A stretch of 64,000 nucleotides of DNA from Gammaproteobacteria bacterium (GCA_965238175.1 CBDEGZ010000003.1:771885-835884), one strand, 5' to 3'. Numbered from the stretch's first letter, positions 1 through 9,589 are shown. Made by a program: numbers and translations. Notes: a model not told the origin generated them from the sequence alone.

Positions 1-452
1 TTGAGAATGGACATATTGATCTGCCATTCAAGATGTTCTGTCAAACTTTCAACTTTTGCGTTTCGAAGGTTTTCGTAATCCTGTCCGGAATATTCATTTG
101 CAGAAGACGACAGTGAAGTTGTCGCATCGTAAGTATCTTCCCAGTCGCTATCGACTGCGAGTTCTTCAGGAATGTCTTCTTTACCGACTTCTCGGTCGGG
201 AGTTTGGGTTTCAGCTGTATTTTGAGGATCGGCTTGTTCAGTTTCACTGTTCGTTTTTTGGTCAGCAGAATCAGATGCGTTGTTACCTGTACCGTCATCC
301 TCATCTATTTCCAGCATCATATTGGATTCAAGCACCTGCTGAACTTCCACACTCAGCTCCATAGTAGACAATTGCAGCAGCTTGATCGCTTGTTGCAATT
401 GAGGCGTCATCGTTAGACTTTGCCCAAGTCGGAGTTGTATTGCTTGTTTCAT
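1..452 (-). CDS. rpoN: RNA polymerase sigma-54 factor RpoN, N-terminal part (gene continues past the window edge)
   Basis: Reverse-complement translation from the ATG at 452 gives MKQAIQLRLGQSLTMTPQLQQAIKLLQLSTMELSVEVQQ, the canonical Gln/Leu-rich activator-interacting region I of sigma-54, followed by an acidic region. It lies immediately downstream of lptB, as in E. coli. It is missing from the ORF track because it has no stop inside the window. Confidence 0.85.
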   Translation of the reverse strand, partial: MKQAIQLRLGQSLTMTPQLQQAIKLLQLSTMELSVEVQQVLESNMMLEIDEDDGTGNNASDSADQKTNSETEQADPQNTAETQTPDREVGKEDIPEELAVDSDWEDTYDATTSLSSSANEYSGQDYENLRNAKVESLTEHLEWQINMSIL

Positions 453-640
453 AATTTCAGATAAAACAGATCCTTAATCATGATCAATTATTGATCAGAA
501 TTTTAAATTTGTACGAATAGGAATCTTTCCCCTGTAGAATACTCACTACTATCTGTATTTTATACTAAGTTCAAAAAGATAGCAGAGTATTCTCATGTAC
601 TTTTGTTAAAAATGACTTCCAGCCTTCGTAATTGTTTTGT

Positions 641-1366
641 TTAAATCGTAAAATCATCACCAAGATACACTTTACGAACTTGCTCATTTACCAAAATCTC
701 ATCCGTACTTCCTGAAGCGATAATTCTACCATCACTCACTATATAAGCACGGTCACAAATTCCCAATGTTTCTTTGACATTATGATCGGTTATCAATACA
801 CCTATTCCACGATCTTTCAGGTGATTTATGATGTGTTTAATATCCGTTACAGAAATAGGATCTACGCCTGCGAAAGGTTCATCCAATAATATAAACTCAG
901 GTTCACTGGCAAGTGCTCTCGCAATTTCGATTCTCCTCCTCTCACCACCCGATAAACTTCCACCCAAGGTATCTCTTACATGAGTGATATGAAATTCCCG
1001 CATCAACCCTTCGGCAAGTCGCTGCCTTTCCATTTCACCAAGCTCACGACGAACTTCTAATACTGCAAGAAGATTCTCTTCGACCGTTAATTTTCGAAAA
1101 ACTGAGGCATCTTGTGGCAGATATCCTAACCCTAAACGCGCTCTTTCTTCTGTGGCAAGCGGGGTGATATCGATTCCATTTAACTTGATTATCCCATTTT
1201 CTACGGCAATCAGACCCACAATCATTCTAAAACTGGTCGTTTTGCCTGCACCGTTAGGACCAAGTAATCCAACCACTTCTCCAGCAGAAAGCTCTAAACT
1301 GACATCCTTGACAACCTGACGTGCACGATAACTCTTGGTCAGGTTTTTAACCGACAAAAGGCCCAT
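641..1366 (-). CDS. lptB: LPS export ABC transporter ATP-binding protein LptB
   Basis: Walker [13 protein letters not shown] signature LSGGERRR and Walker [12 protein letters not shown]. It sits in the kdsD-kdsC-lptC-lptA-lptB-rpoN arrangement. Confidence 0.95.
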   Translation of the reverse strand: MGLLSVKNLTKSYRARQVVKDVSLELSAGEVVGLLGPNGAGKTTSFRMIVGLIAVENGIIKLNGIDITPLATEERARLGLGYLPQDASVFRKLTVEENLLAVLEVRRELGEMERQRLAEGLMREFHITHVRDTLGGSLSGGERRRIEIARALASEPEFILLDEPFAGVDPISVTDIKHIINHLKDRGIGVLITDHNVKETLGICDRAYIVSDGRIIASGSTDEILVNEQVRKVYLGDDFTI

Positions 1367-1377
1367 AAATTACCAGT

Positions 1378-1950
1378 CTAATTTTTCTTCTTAGGTGGCA
1401 AAATCACCCTGATACGGCCTGCATTATTATCCGCACTTTTCCCTGATGGTGTATGCTCTCCGGAAACCGCTTTTCGTGCGATCATTTTACTCTTTTCGGT
1501 ATCGTATTCGATATTATAGGCCTTAAACAATTTTCCATTCTGGAGTAACTCTGCGTCTTCAGTCAAAATTAATTTATTATCTGCCGCAAGATAATCTATT
1601 TTGATACCCTTACCATCTATATCGCCTTTTTCCTGTTCATCAGGTGTTTGCTTGAAAGAGGCTGGATACCCTAGCATAGTCGCTGTCTTTAATGTGTTGT
1701 CATCATTGTAAATGAGGGTGAAACGTTCTCCATGGAGCGTCATAGATCCTTGAATAACAACTACATTGCCTGAATATACAGTTATCCCACTTTTATCATC
1801 TAGTTCTGCTGCATCAGCTTCAATCTTGATTGGCTGCTCTTGATCGGTTGATAAAGCCATCACCTCCGTGAAACCGATTAAACTTAACGTCAAAATTGTC
1901 TTTAAAATTATTTTTAAAATACACCCTTTAGCGTTTAGGCGAATTATCAT
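1378..1950 (-). CDS. lptA: LPS transport periplasmic protein LptA
   Basis: Signal peptide and an OstA-like beta-jellyroll. Position between lptC and lptB. Similar to E. coli LptA (QPIKIEAD..., KIDYLAADNKLILT). Confidence 0.85.
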   Translation of the reverse strand: MIIRLNAKGCILKIILKTILTLSLIGFTEVMALSTDQEQPIKIEADAAELDDKSGITVYSGNVVVIQGSMTLHGERFTLIYNDDNTLKTATMLGYPASFKQTPDEQEKGDIDGKGIKIDYLAADNKLILTEDAELLQNGKLFKAYNIEYDTEKSKMIARKAVSGEHTPSGKSADNNAGRIRVILPPKKKN

Positions 1951-2506
1951 AATGTCCCCTTACATCTTTGAGTAGTTTTAGATTTTGTTTCTCAAAATTG
2001 GCCTGCATTCCAACCGCTGTAACTTGAGTCTGACCTTGAATCATCATCACAAAATTGGATGTTTCTGCGTAATCTCCTTTTAGCAAAATTTTTAGATCCG
2101 TGGTGATCACTTCCATATCTTTTGCGATGTCAGGGTTCGCTCCTTCTTTATCACGCCAAATATATACTTTTCCGTATAAAAATAACTTCTCGCCATCACC
2201 ACTTAACCAACCATTTTCCGCAGTTACGTGTATAGGTAACGTCTCATCTTTGTTATAGATCTGAATAACCGGTCTTTCTAACTCTACACTACCATCAAGT
2301 GGAAAATGTTTCATCAGGTCAGCATCTAGTTGTGTCTTAAGTTTACCGTTTTCATCCATGTCTGTGCGACGGAAATCCCACATGATTGAATCTGGCTCTC
2401 CCCGATCTTTTACCTTTACTACATCTTCTTCTTGTAAGGAGTTTTGAATCCAACTTGTCAATACTAGTAGAAGCAATAAAACAAAAACTGTTATCCAGCG
2501 GATCAC
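1928..2506 (-). CDS. lptC: LPS export protein LptC (GTG start)
   Basis: N-terminal transmembrane anchor plus a periplasmic LptC fold. Synteny between kdsC and lptA. The start codon is GTG. Confidence 0.8.
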   Translation of the reverse strand: MIRWITVFVLLLLLVLTSWIQNSLQEEDVVKVKDRGEPDSIMWDFRRTDMDENGKLKTQLDADLMKHFPLDGSVELERPVIQIYNKDETLPIHVTAENGWLSGDGEKLFLYGKVYIWRDKEGANPDIAKDMEVITTDLKILLKGDYAETSNFVMMIQGQTQVTAVGMQANFEKQNLKLLKDVRGHYDNSPKR

Positions 2507-2509
2507 AAA

Positions 2510-3043
2510 TTAATCCAACAGTTTTTTATACAGTGGTTCCAATAAGCCCTGAGCATCCATGATCAAATCACAAACCTCTCTTACCGCACCTCGCCCACCA
2601 CAGCGTTTCGTGGTCAAATCAGCGTGTTGTTGAACGAACTCATGTGCATCGGCCACAGTAATGCCTAAAGCGACATGTTTGATCACGGGTAAATCAGGTA
2701 AATCATCACCCATATAAGCCGCTTGCTCCGCTGTGAAGCTTGTATCAGACAAGATTTTTTCGAACACAGTTAGTTTATCGCTGACTCCTTGATAAACATG
2801 ATGAATACCTAACTCGCGCATTCTCTCTTCGACAATTGAAGACGATCTGCCTGTAATTATCGCCAACTCAAAACCGGCTTTTAATAGCATTACCAAGCCC
2901 TGCCCATCTTGTGTATAAAAGGTTTTGAATTCTTCGCCTTTATCCCCCAAGATTAATCGGCCATCACTCAATATCCCATCAACATCGAAAGCGATTAATT
3001 TGATCTTTTTGGCACGCTGGGTTATCTCTTGTGACACTTTCAC
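2510..3043 (-). CDS. kdsC: 3-deoxy-D-manno-octulosonate 8-phosphate phosphatase KdsC (HAD family; GTG start)
   Basis: HAD motif I, LIAFDVDGILSDG. Position downstream of kdsD. Confidence 0.9.
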   Translation of the reverse strand: MKVSQEITQRAKKIKLIAFDVDGILSDGRLILGDKGEEFKTFYTQDGQGLVMLLKAGFELAIITGRSSSIVEERMRELGIHHVYQGVSDKLTVFEKILSDTSFTAEQAAYMGDDLPDLPVIKHVALGITVADAHEFVQQHADLTTKRCGGRGAVREVCDLIMDAQGLLEPLYKKLLD

Positions 3044-4026
3044 TAAATAACCCCAGCACGTAATAAATCATGCATGTTTAAAACACCCTTGAGAGTTTGA
3101 TCTTGATCAACGACAACGAGTGCATTAATCCTCTTTTCTTGCATCAGTCTTAATGCTTCTGCTGCTAACATTTCTGCAGCGATTTTAGTTCCTCCACTGG
3201 TCATCACTTCACCCATTTGTACTTTATGGACATCAACACCCTTATCCAGTGCTCGGCGTAAATCACCATCTGTAAAAATTCCCAAAATCCTTTTTTGATC
3301 ATCAACAATAGTTGTCATCCCTAATCCCTTAGCTGACATTTCAACCAACGCATCTGCAAGTGACGTCTGCTCACTTACCATCGGGATCGCTTGATCGGTA
3401 TGAATTACATCACCCACACGCAATAATAACTTCTTACCTAAAGAACCACCGGGGTGTGACAGTGCAAAATCATCTTCACTAAAACCACGTTCTTCTAATA
3501 AGGCAATTGCCAGAGCATCACCCATTGCTAATGCAGCCGTTGTACTTGATGTTGGAGCTAACCCCATAGGACAGGCTTCTTTTTCGACACTGACATCAAG
3601 GTGTGTGTCTGCCGTCTGTGCTAGAGTCGAACTCGGATTACCAGTTAATGCGATCAAAGGAACCGCAAGCCTTTTGATCAATGGTAATAAAACCGAAATT
3701 TCTTGAGTTTCTCCTGAATTCGAAATCGCTAATACAACGTCCTGCGCGACTATCATCCCCATATCACCATGACTGGCTTCACCGGGGTGAACAAAAAAAG
3801 CAGGGGTTCCTGTACTGGCAAGTGTTGCTGCGATCTTACTACCGATATGGCCAGACTTTCCCATCCCGAGAACAACAACCCTGCCTTTACATTCAAGCAT
3901 GTGCTGGCATGCTCGAACGAAGCTATCATCCATCCGTTTTGCAAGATCTTTTAATGCATCTGCTTCTGTTTCTATCACGGCATAGCCCAGAGAAAGTAGG
4001 CGTTTTTCCTTATCTTTTAGCGTCAT
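3043..4026 (-). CDS. kdsD: arabinose-5-phosphate isomerase KdsD (SIS plus tandem CBS domains)
   Basis: SIS motif VVLGMGKSGHIG and C-terminal CBS pair. Conserved position upstream of kdsC. Confidence 0.93.
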   Translation of the reverse strand: MTLKDKEKRLLSLGYAVIETEADALKDLAKRMDDSFVRACQHMLECKGRVVVLGMGKSGHIGSKIAATLASTGTPAFFVHPGEASHGDMGMIVAQDVVLAISNSGETQEISVLLPLIKRLAVPLIALTGNPSSTLAQTADTHLDVSVEKEACPMGLAPTSSTTAALAMGDALAIALLEERGFSEDDFALSHPGGSLGKKLLLRVGDVIHTDQAIPMVSEQTSLADALVEMSAKGLGMTTIVDDQKRILGIFTDGDLRRALDKGVDVHKVQMGEVMTSGGTKIAAEMLAAEALRLMQEKRINALVVVDQDQTLKGVLNMHDLLRAGVI

Positions 4027-4030
4027 AAAA

Positions 4031-4993
4031 CTACCCTGATCGAAATAGTACGAATTGATAGATCACAAAAGCAACCAATAAAATGGCACCATGAAGCTTC
4101 GTTATTTTACCTGCCTTTCGAAATCCATAAGACATAAAAAACATCAAAACACTTAAAAACAGCATAATTGGAAAATCGCGCGTTAATACATCACCATTAA
4201 CCGTTGCAGGATGAATTAAGCCCGGTACACTCAAAACGCCCAACATATTGAACATATTTGATCCAATAATATTACCTAACGCCATATCTTGCTCACCTTT
4301 GAGAGCACTCATCAAAGAGGCTGCAAGTTCCGGTAAGCTGGTTCCAACGGCGACAATCGTCAGGCCGATGATCAAATCACTCACCCCCCAAAACTGGGCA
4401 ATGTTTGATGCACCTTTAACTAAGGCTTGAGAACCGACAAACAATAGTATGGAGCCTAATATCAACCAAAATACAGCAGCATTAGTAGAAAGATCATTCT
4501 CTAACTCTTCTTCAAAATCTAATTTTATTGGATCATCCACCGCCGATTTCTTACCGAGAAAAACGGTAACCGCAATCATCAAAAACATTCCAAACAATAA
4601 AATAGCACCATCCAGTCGGCTTAGGTCACCATCAAGCAATAAACCATAAGCCAAAAATAAGGCAACAAACATCATTGGAAATTCGCGTTTGATCGTCCCA
4701 GAATTAACCAGCAAAGGAGACATAAGTGCCGTCGCACCTAAAACCAACGCAATATTAGTAATATTTGATCCAATTGCATTACCAATCGCTAATCCAGTTT
4801 TCCCATCCCAGGCAGCAACGCCGGCAACCAACATCTCTGGGACAGAAGTCGCGAATGCAACGATTGTCAACCCGATAATCAATGGTGACATTCCAAACTT
4901 GGCACCCACACTAGAAGCACCAATCACAAAACGATCAGCGCCATAAGTCAGTAATGCCAGACCAATTAAAACAGCAAGCGTATTTATTAACAT
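4031..4993 (-). CDS. yrbG: Na+/Ca2+ antiporter, YrbG/CaCA family
   Basis: Two alpha-repeat regions (GNAIGSNITNIALVLG and GNIIGSNMFNMLGVL) and 10 predicted transmembrane segments. Conserved position upstream of kdsD. Confidence 0.85.
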   Translation of the reverse strand: MLINTLAVLIGLALLTYGADRFVIGASSVGAKFGMSPLIIGLTIVAFATSVPEMLVAGVAAWDGKTGLAIGNAIGSNITNIALVLGATALMSPLLVNSGTIKREFPMMFVALFLAYGLLLDGDLSRLDGAILLFGMFLMIAVTVFLGKKSAVDDPIKLDFEEELENDLSTNAAVFWLILGSILLFVGSQALVKGASNIAQFWGVSDLIIGLTIVAVGTSLPELAASLMSALKGEQDMALGNIIGSNMFNMLGVLSVPGLIHPATVNGDVLTRDFPIMLFLSVLMFFMSYGFRKAGKITKLHGAILLVAFVIYQFVLFRSG

Positions 4994-5044
4994 CCGCCCA
5001 TTATCTCAGATTTTGAAACAAATCCGGCAGATTTAAAGATTTTT

Positions 5045-6115
5045 TTGCCGATTACTCCAATAAAACGAAATTACGAGATGGCAGAATTTTCGTATCTACG
5101 TAAAATGCCGCGCATGGATACTCGACGGCAAGCAATAAAACGATGGTTAGAAGATGACTTAAAAATCAAAAATTACACCATCGAACCAGCCTCTGCAGAT
5201 GCCAGTTTTCGCCGTTATTTTCGGATCAAAACCAAAGATCAAAGCTTGATCATTATGGACGCTCCACCTGATAAAGAGGATTGTTCTCCCTTTGTTGACA
5301 TCACAAACCGTCTGTTAAAAATTGGCCTCAACTCTCCTGAAGTAAAAGCACACGATATAGAAAACGGATTCCTTTTATTATCTGATCTAGGCCAAGTCAT
5401 GTATTTGGACAAGCTCGATGATGACAATGCTGACACCCTTTATAAAGCAGCTATCGACTCACTGATCAAAATGCAAACTCAGGCTGATATCAATAAACTT
5501 CCAGAATATGATCAACAATTATTGGATCAAGAAATGCAGCTTTTTCCAGACTGGTTGTTAAAACAATATCTCGGAATATCCAACGAATGGTTAGGAGATA
5601 TTTTTAGTTTTGTTAGCCAATCAGCGTTGCAACAGCCTCATGTTTTTGTACACCGTGACTACCATTCCAGAAACCTGACATGGCAGCCTAATCAAGAACC
5701 CGGGATCCTCGATTTTCAAGACGCAGTTCTTGGTCCGATAAGTTACGATCTTGTCTCACTATTGCGTGACTGCTACATCCAGTGGCCGCAAGAGCGTATT
5801 GTCACCTGGGTGAAATATTATTGTGAGACGATGCGAAAAAAAGGCTTGTTAACAGAAATTTCAGATGAGGAATTTCTTCGCTGGTTTGATCTGATGGGAA
5901 TCCAAAGACACCTGAAGGCCAGCGGTATTTTTGCCCGGCTGTGGCTCCGCGATGGTAAACAAGGATATTTAAAAGACATCCCACGCACTTTAAATTACAT
6001 AATTGAAACCAGCGGCCGATACCCTGAATTACAGGAACTAGAATCAAAGCAAACGGATGAAATTTTGCCCGCAATACTCAGTAAGGAATTGCACAACAAG
6101 GAAAATTTAGTATGA
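5045..6115 (+). CDS. amgK: N-acetylmuramate/N-acetylglucosamine kinase AmgK-like (aminoglycoside phosphotransferase fold); the true start is probably the ATG at 5078 or 5114
   Basis: APH-family motifs (ASFRRYFR, HRDYHSRNL, DFQDA). It overlaps the downstream MurU-like gene by 4 nt, as in Pseudomonas amgK-murU. The track start is a TTG. Confidence 0.7.
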   Translation: MPITPIKRNYEMAEFSYLRKMPRMDTRRQAIKRWLEDDLKIKNYTIEPASADASFRRYFRIKTKDQSLIIMDAPPDKEDCSPFVDITNRLLKIGLNSPEVKAHDIENGFLLLSDLGQVMYLDKLDDDNADTLYKAAIDSLIKMQTQADINKLPEYDQQLLDQEMQLFPDWLLKQYLGISNEWLGDIFSFVSQSALQQPHVFVHRDYHSRNLTWQPNQEPGILDFQDAVLGPISYDLVSLLRDCYIQWPQERIVTWVKYYCETMRKKGLLTEISDEEFLRWFDLMGIQRHLKASGIFARLWLRDGKQGYLKDIPRTLNYIIETSGRYPELQELESKQTDEILPAILSKELHNKENLV

Positions 6116-6804
6116 AAGCAATGATACTTGCAGCAGGTCATGGTAAGCGTATGGGTGAGCTAACCGCAAAAACACCCAAACCATTGCTCAAGCTTGGATC
6201 AAATCCAAACAGTAAAACACTGATCGAACACCATATCGAAAGACTCGTCAAAGCCGGCGTCACCAATATTGTAATCAACCGTGCACAACATTCTGAACAA
6301 TTTGAGAATGTATTAGGTCACGGTGAAAAACTCGGTGCGAAACTTAGCTATTCAGACGAAGGTGATCAGCCACTAGAAACAGGTGGCGGGATATACAAGG
6401 CGCTTCCATTGCTCAGTGATTCCAGCTTCATGGTCATTAACGGTGATATCTGGTGTGACTATCCCATTGAAAATTTACTGCATGATCCTGAAGGTCTTGC
6501 CCATTTAGTTCTTGTATCCAATCCAGAACATAATCCCAAAGGTGATTTTGCATTAGAAAAAAGTAATGATGAGAAACATCAACGTACTCGGCTTGAAGGA
6601 GCAGAAAAATATACTTTCAGCGGCCTCGCCATTTATCGTCCAGAACTGTTTGACGAATGCAGCGAAGGCAGCTTCTCGCTTGCCCCGATTCTACGTCATG
6701 CTATCTCGCAAGATTTGGTTGCAGGAGAATTATATCAAGGCGAATGGCGAGATATTGGAACACCGGAACGACTGGCTGAGCTGGCTGAATTGATTGAAAG
6801 TTGA
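6112..6804 (+). CDS. murU: N-acetylmuramate alpha-1-phosphate uridylyltransferase MurU
   Basis: Nucleotidyltransferase N-terminus MKAMILAAGHGKRM...TPKPLL. Strong similarity along the whole length to Pseudomonas putida MurU (ETGGGI, VINGDIWCDY, GLAHLVLVSNPEHNPKGDF, TFSGL). Confidence 0.85.
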   Translation: MKAMILAAGHGKRMGELTAKTPKPLLKLGSNPNSKTLIEHHIERLVKAGVTNIVINRAQHSEQFENVLGHGEKLGAKLSYSDEGDQPLETGGGIYKALPLLSDSSFMVINGDIWCDYPIENLLHDPEGLAHLVLVSNPEHNPKGDFALEKSNDEKHQRTRLEGAEKYTFSGLAIYRPELFDECSEGSFSLAPILRHAISQDLVAGELYQGEWRDIGTPERLAELAELIES

Positions 6805-6822
6805 TCGAAAAAATTAACACAT

Positions 6823-6853
6823 AAAAAAAGCCCGCGTAAAACGGGCTTTTTTA
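6823..6853. terminator. bidirectional rho-independent terminator between convergent murU and the pilin gene
   Basis: AAAAAAAGCCCG-cgtaaaa-CGGGCTTTTTTATT: an 8-bp stem (AAAGCCCG/CGGGCTTT) flanked by an A-run on one side and a T-run on the other. Confidence 0.7.
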
Positions 6854-6872
6854 TTAATTCTTAATTAAAATT

Positions 6873-7625
6873 TCAGTAAAGATAAATAGCATTACAGTCT
6901 TGACTATCAGTACTGACATCCCAAAGTAAAGCGGGGGCTGTTCCTGTTGTGCAATTACCTCCATTTTGTGCAACAGCACCATAATCCGTAGAATTAGGTG
7001 TAGTTACCCTCAAAACACCATTCCCAGGTCTTCCATCATCTATTTTCGTATCCAACTCTGAAAGAATCGCTACAGGCGTATTCCTACCCATATAAAACCC
7101 TAATTTTACTGTTGCCGCACCTAGATATTGATTTGTACTTCCGAGTAAAACTCTAGTACTAAAAGGATTTGTGGGTGCAACATTTTGTGTGGCACCAGTA
7201 TAAGCTGCGGGAGTACCAGCTACACCCGTATAATCGTTTACTAGAAAACCCGAAGCACTCAAATGCTTCCATACCGCTGCAGCTTCTGTAAAACTGCCTT
7301 GGCCAAGTCTGCCGTTTCCATTCCCGCCTGGACCCGTAGCCGCACAACTGGTGACACCCATTTGAGACGCACCTATAGCATTACACGCTGCTAGAGGAAG
7401 CATATCTCCAGGAATTGCTCTGTAACGATCAATAAATCCAAAATAAGCAGCCTGAACTGAAGAATTCAGATCAGCCATATTTCGCACTCGAGCACTATTT
7501 GCTAACTCTTGTCCTTTTAAAACACCGCCTAGAAGCAATCCAATAATAACCAGCACAATTGCAATCTCGACGAGTGTGAACCCCTGCTGTTTTGAATATT
7601 GTTGTGTATTTTTTATTGTATTCAT
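6873..7625 (-). CDS. type IV pilin-like protein with prepilin-type N-terminal cleavage/methylation domain (250 aa, 15-aa leader)
   Basis: MNTIKNTQQYSKQQG|FTLVEIAIVLVIIGLLLGG: G-1, F+1, E+5 and a hydrophobic alpha1-N segment. The track ORF begins 20 codons upstream, but the prepilin leader logic favours the ATG at 7625. Confidence 0.75.
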   Translation of the reverse strand: MNTIKNTQQYSKQQGFTLVEIAIVLVIIGLLLGGVLKGQELANSARVRNMADLNSSVQAAYFGFIDRYRAIPGDMLPLAACNAIGASQMGVTSCAATGPGGNGNGRLGQGSFTEAAAVWKHLSASGFLVNDYTGVAGTPAAYTGATQNVAPTNPFSTRVLLGSTNQYLGAATVKLGFYMGRNTPVAILSELDTKIDDGRPGNGVLRVTTPNSTDYGAVAQNGGNCTTGTAPALLWDVSTDSQDCNAIYLY

Positions 7626-7668
7626 CAATTCTGCATCCTTAAATTTAGCTGTAACTAAATCAGGTATT

Positions 7669-7684
7669 AGCAGAAACCATGCCA
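7669..7684 (-). promoter_or_regulatory. candidate sigma-54 (-24/-12) promoter for the orphan pilin gene
   Basis: The minus strand reads TGGCATGgtttcTGCT, i.e. GG-N10-GC with 13 of 16 matches to TGGCACG-N4-TTGCW. It sits about 45 nt upstream of the pilin ATG, and an AAGGA Shine-Dalgarno follows. Confidence 0.5.
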
Positions 7685-7835
7685 TGCAAATAAGTCATTG
7701 ATATTTAAAGTAATTAACATGATTTTACAATGTTAGATCGACCATTGTTGACGAGCTGACAACAGGACTGTTGAGATATCAACAGTTGTAGTTCATGAGG
7801 GATTCAAAATAGTCGGAACATTAACCTGAGTGAAC

Positions 7836-9224
7836 TTAATCCGGGAAACGATTCCAAGCATGTAGTGCAGCGATCTTATAGGCCTCTGCAAGTGTTGGAT
7901 AATTAAAGACGTTATTCACAAAATAGTCCATTGTACCGCCCAATTGCATTACAGCTTGTCCGATATGGATCAATTCTGTTGCGCCTTCGCCGACAATATG
8001 TGTACCGATTAGACGACGATCTTCCAGGCTGAAGATTAATTTTAGTAACCCTTCGCGCAGACCCAGGATCTGACCCCGAGAAGTTTCTCGGAAACGAGCC
8101 TCACCGACCTCGTAACCGATGTTGCGTTCTTTGCAGTCACGCTCCGTAAGGCCAATTACACTCATTTCTGGAACGGCATAAATTCCAAATGGAAAGTCAC
8201 TGAAACCAGCATCCGATTTTTTGCCAAATGCATGACGGGCAGCAAGCCGTCCCTGTTCCATGGAGCTGGAAGCCAGGCTTGGGAAACCGATCACATCACC
8301 AGCAGCATAGATGTGTCTTACTTTTGTTGCGTAATGTTGGTTCACCTCTATCAGCCCACGACTGTCAGCTTCTAACCCTGCATTTTCAAGTCCAAGATCG
8401 GCAGTGTTTCCTTGACGACCGGCGGCATATAAAACCATATCAGCACGTAGTTGTTTCCCACTGGATAAATGGACTTTCACGCGTTTTTTGCCAAGATGTT
8501 CTAGTCTTTCGACAGATTCACCCATGCGTATCGACACACCCCTATCACGTAAGTGATGTTTAAACTCGTCAATAATTTCGCGATCGAGAAAGCTAAGCAT
8601 CTCTTCACGACCATCGACTAAGGTGACGTCGATATCAAGCGCGCTATAGATTGATGCGTATTCAACTCCAATGACACCTGCGCCGACCACAACCATATTG
8701 CGTGGTAGTTTTTCTATTTCCAAAATATGATCACTATCAAGGACGCGTACACCATCGAAGGGGATATCGGGCGGTTGAACTGGCGAAGTACCGACCGCAA
8801 GCATAAATTTTTTCGCCTGGTATTGCTCTTCTTTACCTTTATGATCAACAACACGCACAGTATGTGGATCAACAAAACTAGCGCGACCGACGATTGAGGT
8901 TATACCATTTCGATAGAGTTGATGTTGAATAACATCGATTTCATGACGAGTAGTAATGTCTAAACGTTGTGTTAGATCTTGTGCAGTGATGCGTTCTTTT
9001 ACTCGGTAGCTTCTTCCATAAAAACCTCTTTGCCTCCACCCCGTCAGGTAAAGAACGGTTTCGCGCAAGGTTTTACTGGGAATAGTCCCTGTGTGCAAGC
9101 AGTTGCCCCCCACAGCCGTGTGTTTTTCGATTATGGCGACAGACTTACCTAATTTTGCTGCCTGGATGGCAGCTCGTTGGCCGGCAGGGCCGCTTCCAAT
9201 AACGATGAAATCAAATTTATCCAT
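7836..9224 (-). CDS. sthA: soluble pyridine nucleotide transhydrogenase SthA (class I pyridine nucleotide-disulfide oxidoreductase)
   Basis: FAD GxGxxG motif IVIGSGPAGQRAA, a second dinucleotide site, and a C-terminus AEAYKIAALHAWNRF like E. coli SthA. The start is taken at MDKFDF (ATG 9224). Confidence 0.8.
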   Translation of the reverse strand: MDKFDFIVIGSGPAGQRAAIQAAKLGKSVAIIEKHTAVGGNCLHTGTIPSKTLRETVLYLTGWRQRGFYGRSYRVKERITAQDLTQRLDITTRHEIDVIQHQLYRNGITSIVGRASFVDPHTVRVVDHKGKEEQYQAKKFMLAVGTSPVQPPDIPFDGVRVLDSDHILEIEKLPRNMVVVGAGVIGVEYASIYSALDIDVTLVDGREEMLSFLDREIIDEFKHHLRDRGVSIRMGESVERLEHLGKKRVKVHLSSGKQLRADMVLYAAGRQGNTADLGLENAGLEADSRGLIEVNQHYATKVRHIYAAGDVIGFPSLASSSMEQGRLAARHAFGKKSDAGFSDFPFGIYAVPEMSVIGLTERDCKERNIGYEVGEARFRETSRGQILGLREGLLKLIFSLEDRRLIGTHIVGEGATELIHIGQAVMQLGGTMDYFVNNVFNYPTLAEAYKIAALHAWNRFPD

Positions 9225-9589
9225 AATTGTGAAAAATCTCAAAAGTAATGTTTTATGTGCTTCAAAGAAAGCAACAAATAAGCCAAAATTCAATGAATAA
9301 TTTAATAGTGTGAACGGAAAGAATTTTAGCCTTTTCAGGGGAGCAGAAATTGGAATATATTAATTTGATGGTCAACGAGGGTGGTAGTCATCAGCAAACC
9401 AAGGAAATATCTGACGTAGGCGCAACTGCCATATCACGCCAGCAGCAACAATACCTTGCCGAAATAAAGGAACAAACATTCCAAAGAAAAAAGCCTTAAC
9501 TGAAAAACAACTTTGGCGTGAGAAACGGGATCATGAACTCACAGTTACTTTTTTCATTAGAATTTTGTTCTTAAATTCAGACTTTCAAA

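Noticed and set aside
41-416. Three track ORFs (41..304 -, 56..364 +, 204..416 +) near the window start
   Set aside because: All overlap the rpoN coding region in other frames. The rpoN frame (ATG at 452, MKQAIQLRLGQ...) gives a canonical sigma-54 N-terminus and explains this DNA.
3681-4028. 115-aa plus-strand ORF and two nested 60-aa ORFs inside kdsD
   Set aside because: They lie antisense to or out of frame with a strongly supported kdsD. They have no Shine-Dalgarno and no domain signal. These are typical spurious ORFs in coding DNA.
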